Source: the human T2T-CHM13v2.0 reference genome, Homo sapiens | Assembly: GCF_009914755.1 (NCBI RefSeq) | Contig: NC_060938.1 | Direction: 5' to 3' (one strand) | Length of the DNA stretch: 64,000 nt | Shown: piece after piece, positions 57,901-64,000 of the stretch | Numbering within the stretch: position 1 is the first letter of the stretch | Layout: every line of letters starts with the position of its first letter | Program-made: the position numbers and the translations under genes | Notes under the pieces: generated by a model | Told to the model about the DNA's origin: nothing | Seen by the model: only the letters and a program-made list of their open reading frames with translations | Database searches by the model: none

Positions 57901-57902
<2 letters not shown>
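57802..57902 (-). pseudogene. U13 snoRNA (SNORD13) retro-pseudogene
   Basis: The minus strand reads ATCCTTTTGTAGTTCATAAGTGTGATTGGGTATTCA...GTGCCAC...ACCTTGTTATGACGTCGGCACATTACCCATATGACA, collinear with U13 as I recall it. An A-rich tail follows (57770-57800). Boxes C and D are mutated. Confidence 0.9.
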
Positions 57903-57933
<31 letters not shown>

Positions 57934-57958
57934 GTATGTGTATATGTATGTATATATT
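57903..57958. repeat. (TG)n/(TA)n microsatellite
   Basis: Directly visible. Confidence 0.95.
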
Positions 57959-58148
57959 TTTGTTTAAAGCTATTCTAGTTAAAGTGGTATCTCGTGGTTT
58001 GGGTTTGTATTTTCTTGATGAGCAAAGATATTGAATGTCTTTTCATGTGACTCTTGGCCATTTGTGTATTTTTGGAGGGAAGACAATGTTTGTTGAGTTC
58101 TTTATATATTCTGAATGTTAAACTTTTTTTTTTTCTTCTTTTTTTTGA

Positions 58149-58491
<343 letters not shown>

Positions 58492-58707
58492 TAATTCTTG
58501 TATATGGAATGAGATAGGAGTCCCAATTCATTCTTTGTATGTTCTTATTTAGTTTTCCCAGCACCATTTATTGAAAACACTATTCTTTCCCTATTGAATC
58601 GTCTTGGCACCCTTGTTAAAAATAAATTGGCCATAGATGTTTGCATTTATTTCTGGACTCTCAGTTCTATTCTGTTGCTCTGTAAGTCTGTTACATCAGT
58701 ACCACAC

Positions 58708-59056
58708 TATATTAGTCTGTTCTCATGCTGCTAATAAAGACATACCTGAGACAGGGTAATTTATAAAGAAAAAGAGGTTTAATGGACTCATTGTTTCACA
58801 TGGCTGGGGAGGCCTCACAATCATGGTGAAAGGCAAAGAAGGAGGAAAAGTATGTCTCACATGGCAGCAGGCAAGAGAGTCTGTGCAGGGGAACTGTGCT
58901 TTATAAAACCATCAGATCTTGTGAGACTTACTATCATGAGAACAGCACCCCCACGATTCAGTTACCTCCCCCTGGGTTCCTTCCCATAACATGTGGGGAT
59001 TATATGAGCTACAATTCAATATGAGATTTGGATGGGGACACAGCCAAACCATATCA
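58708..59056 (-). mobile_element. THE1 (MaLR) solo LTR
   Basis: TATTAGTCTGTTCTCATGCTGCTAATAAAGACATACCTGAGAC...GGGGACACAGCCAAACCATATCA; 5-bp TSD CACAC. Confidence 0.92.
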
Positions 59057-59258
59057 CACACTGTTTTGATTACTGAAGCTTTGTAGTAAGTTTTGAAGTA
59101 GTAAGTTTGGGAAGTATGAGTCTCCCAACTTTTTCATTTTCTATATTGTTTTGACTATTTGGGGCCAGTTGCAACTTTATATGAATTTGAATATCACCTT
59201 TTTCATTTCTGCAAAAAAGGTCATTGGAATTTTAATAGGGAGGGGATTGATTCTGTAG

Positions 59259-59524
<266 letters not shown>

Positions 59525-60418
59525 TAACTGTGTTAGCCAGGATGGTTTCAATCTCCTGATCTCGTGATCCACCCACCTCGGCCTCCCAAAGTGCTGGGAT
59601 TACAGGTATGAGCCACCGCGCCCAGCTGAACTTGGGATGTCTTTTCATTCAATTATGTCTCCTTTAATTTCTTTAAGCAATATTTTGTAGTGTTAGTGTA
59701 CAAATCATTCATCTCTTTGGATAAATTTATTTCTGGGTGCTTTATTTTTGTGGGTTCTATTGTAAATGAAATTATTTTCTTACCTTTCTTTTTGTATTGC
59801 TCATTGCTGGTATATAGAAACAACTGATTTTTGTATGTTGGTCTTATGCCCTACAACCTTGTTGAATTTATTACCTCTAGTAGTTATTTTGTGGGTTCTG
59901 TGGGATTTCTTTATACAGAATCATGTCACCTGCATATATAATTTACCTCTTCTTTCTAATTTGAATGCCTTTTATTTCTTTTTCTTGCCTAATTGCTCTG
60001 GCTAAGACATTTAGTAAAATTTTGAATAGGAGTGATGAAAGTGAGCATCCTCATATTGTTCCTGATCTTAGGGGAAGCTTTTCACCATTGATTATGAAGT
60101 TAGCTGTGTTTTCTTTCTTTCCTTTTTTTTTTTGTTTTTGACACAGGGTCTTGCTCTGTCACCCATGCTGGAGTGCAGTAGTGCAATCATGGCTGACTTC
60201 AACCTCTGCCTCCCAGGCTCAAGCGATCCTCTCACCTCAGCCTCCTGAGTAGGTGGGACCAAAGGCACATGCCACAATGCCCTGCTGTTTTTTTTTATTT
60301 TTTATTTTTGGTAGAGATGGGTTTCGCCATGTTGCCCAGGCTAGTCCCAAACTCCTGAGCAGTCAGCCCACCTTGGCCTCCCAAAGTGCTGGGATTACAG
60401 GTGCGAGCCACTGTGCCC

Positions 60419-60450
<32 letters not shown>

Positions 60451-61146
60451 ATCAGACCAGGTCTCACTCTTTTGCCCAGGCTGGAGTACAGTGATGTGAT
60501 CATAGCTCACTGCAGTCTTGAACTCCCAGGCTCAAGCAGTGCTCCTTCTTTAGCCTCCCCGGTAGCTGGGACTACTATAGGTGCAAGCTGCCACACCCTG
60601 CTAATTTTTTAATTTTTGTGGAGACAGGGTCTTGCTGTGTTGCCCAGGTTGGTCTCAAATTCCTCACCTTGAGCAGTTCTCCTGCCTTAGCCTCCCAGGT
60701 AGCTGGGATTACAGGTGTGCACCAATATGCCCAGTTAATTGATTTTTTTTTTTTTTTTCTTTTAGTGATGGGGTCTTGCTGTGTTGCCTAGGCTGATCTC
60801 AAACTCCTGGCCTCAAGCAGACCTCCTGCCTCAGACTCCCAAAATGCTGGGATTACAGGTGTGAACCACTGTGCCTGGCCACTGACTTTTTTTTTTTAAT
60901 GGAAGGTTGTTGAGTTTTGTCAAATGCTTTTTGTGCATCTTCTGAGATGATCATATTTTTTTCATTGTTCTAGTAATGTAGTGTATTGTATTGATTTTGT
61001 TTTGTATGTTGAATCACCCTTGCATTCCTGGGATAAATCTCACTTTGTCATGGTATATAATCCTTTTAATGTGTTGTTAGATTGAGTTTGCTACTATTTT
61101 GTTGAAGATTTTTGTGTCTATGTTCATTAGGAATATTAGTCTGTAG

Positions 61147-61762
61147 TTTTCTTTTTTTTTTCATTTTTGAGACAAAGTCTTCCTTTGTCACCCAGGCTGG
61201 AGTGCAGTGGTGCGATCTCGGGTCACTGCAACCTCAGCCTCCCCAGTAGCTGGGATTACAGGCATGCACCATCATGCCTGGCTAATTTTTGTATTTTTAG
61301 TAGCGACAGGGTTTTGCCATGTTGGCCAGGCTGGTCTCGAACACGTGGTCTCATGTGATCCACCTGCCTTGGCCTCCCAAAATGCTGGGATTTACAGGCA
61401 TGAGCCACTGCACCCTGCCTGTAGTTTTCTTTCCTTGTGATATTTTTGACTTCGGTATCTGGGAACCAATCTTTTTTTGAGACAGGGTCTTACTCTGTTG
61501 CCCAGGTTGGAGTGTAGTGGTACGATCTTGGCTCACTGCAGCCTTGGCCTCCTGTGCTCAAGTGGTCCTCCCACCCAGCTGCCTGAGTAGCTGGTACTAC
61601 AGGCACTTGCCACCACACCCAGCAAGTTTTGTTCATTTTTTTTGTACAGATGAGGTCTCACTGTGTTGCCCAGGCTGGTCTTCGACTCCAGGCCTCAAGT
61701 GATCCTCTTGCCTCAGCCTCCCAAAGTGCTGGGATTACAGGTGTGAGCCACTGCTCCCAGCC
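61147..61762 (-). mobile_element. Two antisense Alus
   Basis: Alu consensus; the first has an internal deletion. Confidence 0.88.
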
Positions 61763-62099
61763 CCCAGTTGTATTTTGACTGTGCATCATGTTTCTTCAGA
61801 ATTTTGAAACCTGCCCTCTCCTAATTGAGAAAATTCTAAGAGGGTTTCCAAGCAGACAACCCTAACATCTCTGGCTGGGATGATGATGATTGTACCATGT
61901 ACTTCCCCTCTTCTCAACACAGACACATTCATGTTGTAGTGCCAGCTGTAAGCATAGGAGTTGCACTTAATGGCTTACAGCTGGGGAAAATCATGGCTGA
62001 TAGCACACCACCAGTGCAGGATCAGGGAAGGGAACTCTATTCCTGATGCCAGGACAGGAAAGAGATGTGCTTCCTTCATTTCATGAAAAAGCCACAGAT

Positions 62100-62950
<851 letters not shown>

Positions 62951-63845
62951 GGTATACGCATGGTGGCTAGATTCCATAGTGCTCTCAGTAATATATGTTA
63001 GATACCCATTTGAAAACTGTTGTGGATTAAAATGGAAATGCCAACTGTTGTGTGTTACTCATTTTCAGTGAGTACATTCTGTGTTCTGAATCAATAATTT
63101 CTAAAAAACTTTTGGAGTATACCTATTCATAAAATAATTACCTCTATAAAATGTATGTCTTATCAGCAGCCATCCTTGATCATGTGTTTGTCAAGTTTTT
63201 CAAGTACAGCTTTGGGTCCATACGTTTTTTCTTCCTATTACTAGTTCATTTTAAAAATTTGTTGAAACCCTCCCTTTTATTTTAAATAATATTGTGGGGT
63301 TTTAATATTTCTCTCTGTTCTTAAAAAAAGCTTCATTGAGAAAATATAAGTAAGCCTATATATCCTAAAGTTCCTTTCCTTTACTCTAGATCATTCTAGT
63401 AAATCCCCTAGAGACAGTTCTGGCTGTTTATATATAAAAGTGTGGTATAATTTGACAGTGTGTGCAGAGGTGTGTATGGATGTGCTCTCACATAGAAACC
63501 CTGCCTCCCCAGCCTGTCTCAGCTGATTGTTGCAACACTGAGCCGAGCAAACATGATGAGGTCACAGAGAAGTGAGGGAGTGGTTTTAAATAATGAAACA
63601 GGAAATCTCTGTCTTTGGCTCCAGTGGTGCCCCAGTGTTTTGGGATTAATGAGGGAAGAGCTATGTCTGCCTGTGTTCCATGAGTGCCCCTTGCTTGTAC
63701 CTCTGTGGAGAACCCCAACAACCCTGGCTGGAAAGCCACCTAATCCTGTGTTTCCCAAGCATAACCTCCCTTTGTTCCCAAGTAAGTCTTTCCTAGACAC
63801 CTGAACTTCTGTGCAACATAGGCATGAATGAGGAGAGTGAGCTAC

Positions 63846-63894
63846 TGTGGTGTTATATATATACACACACATATATACATGATATGTATGCATA

Positions 63895-63937
<43 letters not shown>

Positions 63938-64000
63938 ATAGTTTTCATCCATTGTTTCTGACTCATAAGTCCCATAGCCCTTGTTACAGTCTTTTGTTGT
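63846..64000 (+). mobile_element. MER21-like LTR start with an internal (TA)/(CA)/(TG) microsatellite
   Basis: TGTGGTGTTAT...GTTTTCATCCA...CTCATAAGTCCCATAGCCCTTGTTACAGTCTTTTGTT resembles MER21A/B as recalled. Confidence 0.7.

Overview
Human (primate) genomic DNA, very Alu-dense, with no protein-coding exon that I can support. The one genic landmark is a CpG island (~44930-46740) containing a GC-rich non-coding first exon (~45827-46023, donor GAG|GTAAGG). I recognise it from memory as exon 1 (5' UTR) of TRAF3 on the + strand. Everything after 46023 is TRAF3 intron 1. Everything before is upstream intergenic DNA, by recollection the RCOR1-TRAF3 interval on 14q32; RCOR1 itself is not visible here. 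The rest is Alu, L1, L2, MIR, MaLR/ERV LTR (MLT1, THE1, MER21) and hAT (MER91, MER103) fossils, microsatellites and a U13/SNORD13 retrocopy. The supplied ORFs are essentially Alu, low-complexity or GC-rich artefacts, plus two decayed L1 ORF2 remnants. I found no previously undescribed biological system. The most interesting items are regulatory and structural: (1) two consensus NF-kB sites bracketing the TRAF3 start; (2) a 20-codon strong-Kozak uORF in exon 1; (3) a perfect 12-bp inverted pair of RFX-like boxes; (4) an inverted DNA-level duplication of an Alu arm with its tail and flank; (5) a ~385-bp direct local duplication; (6) an AluY with an internal fold-back inversion. Repeat subfamily names and boundaries are by eye and approximate.
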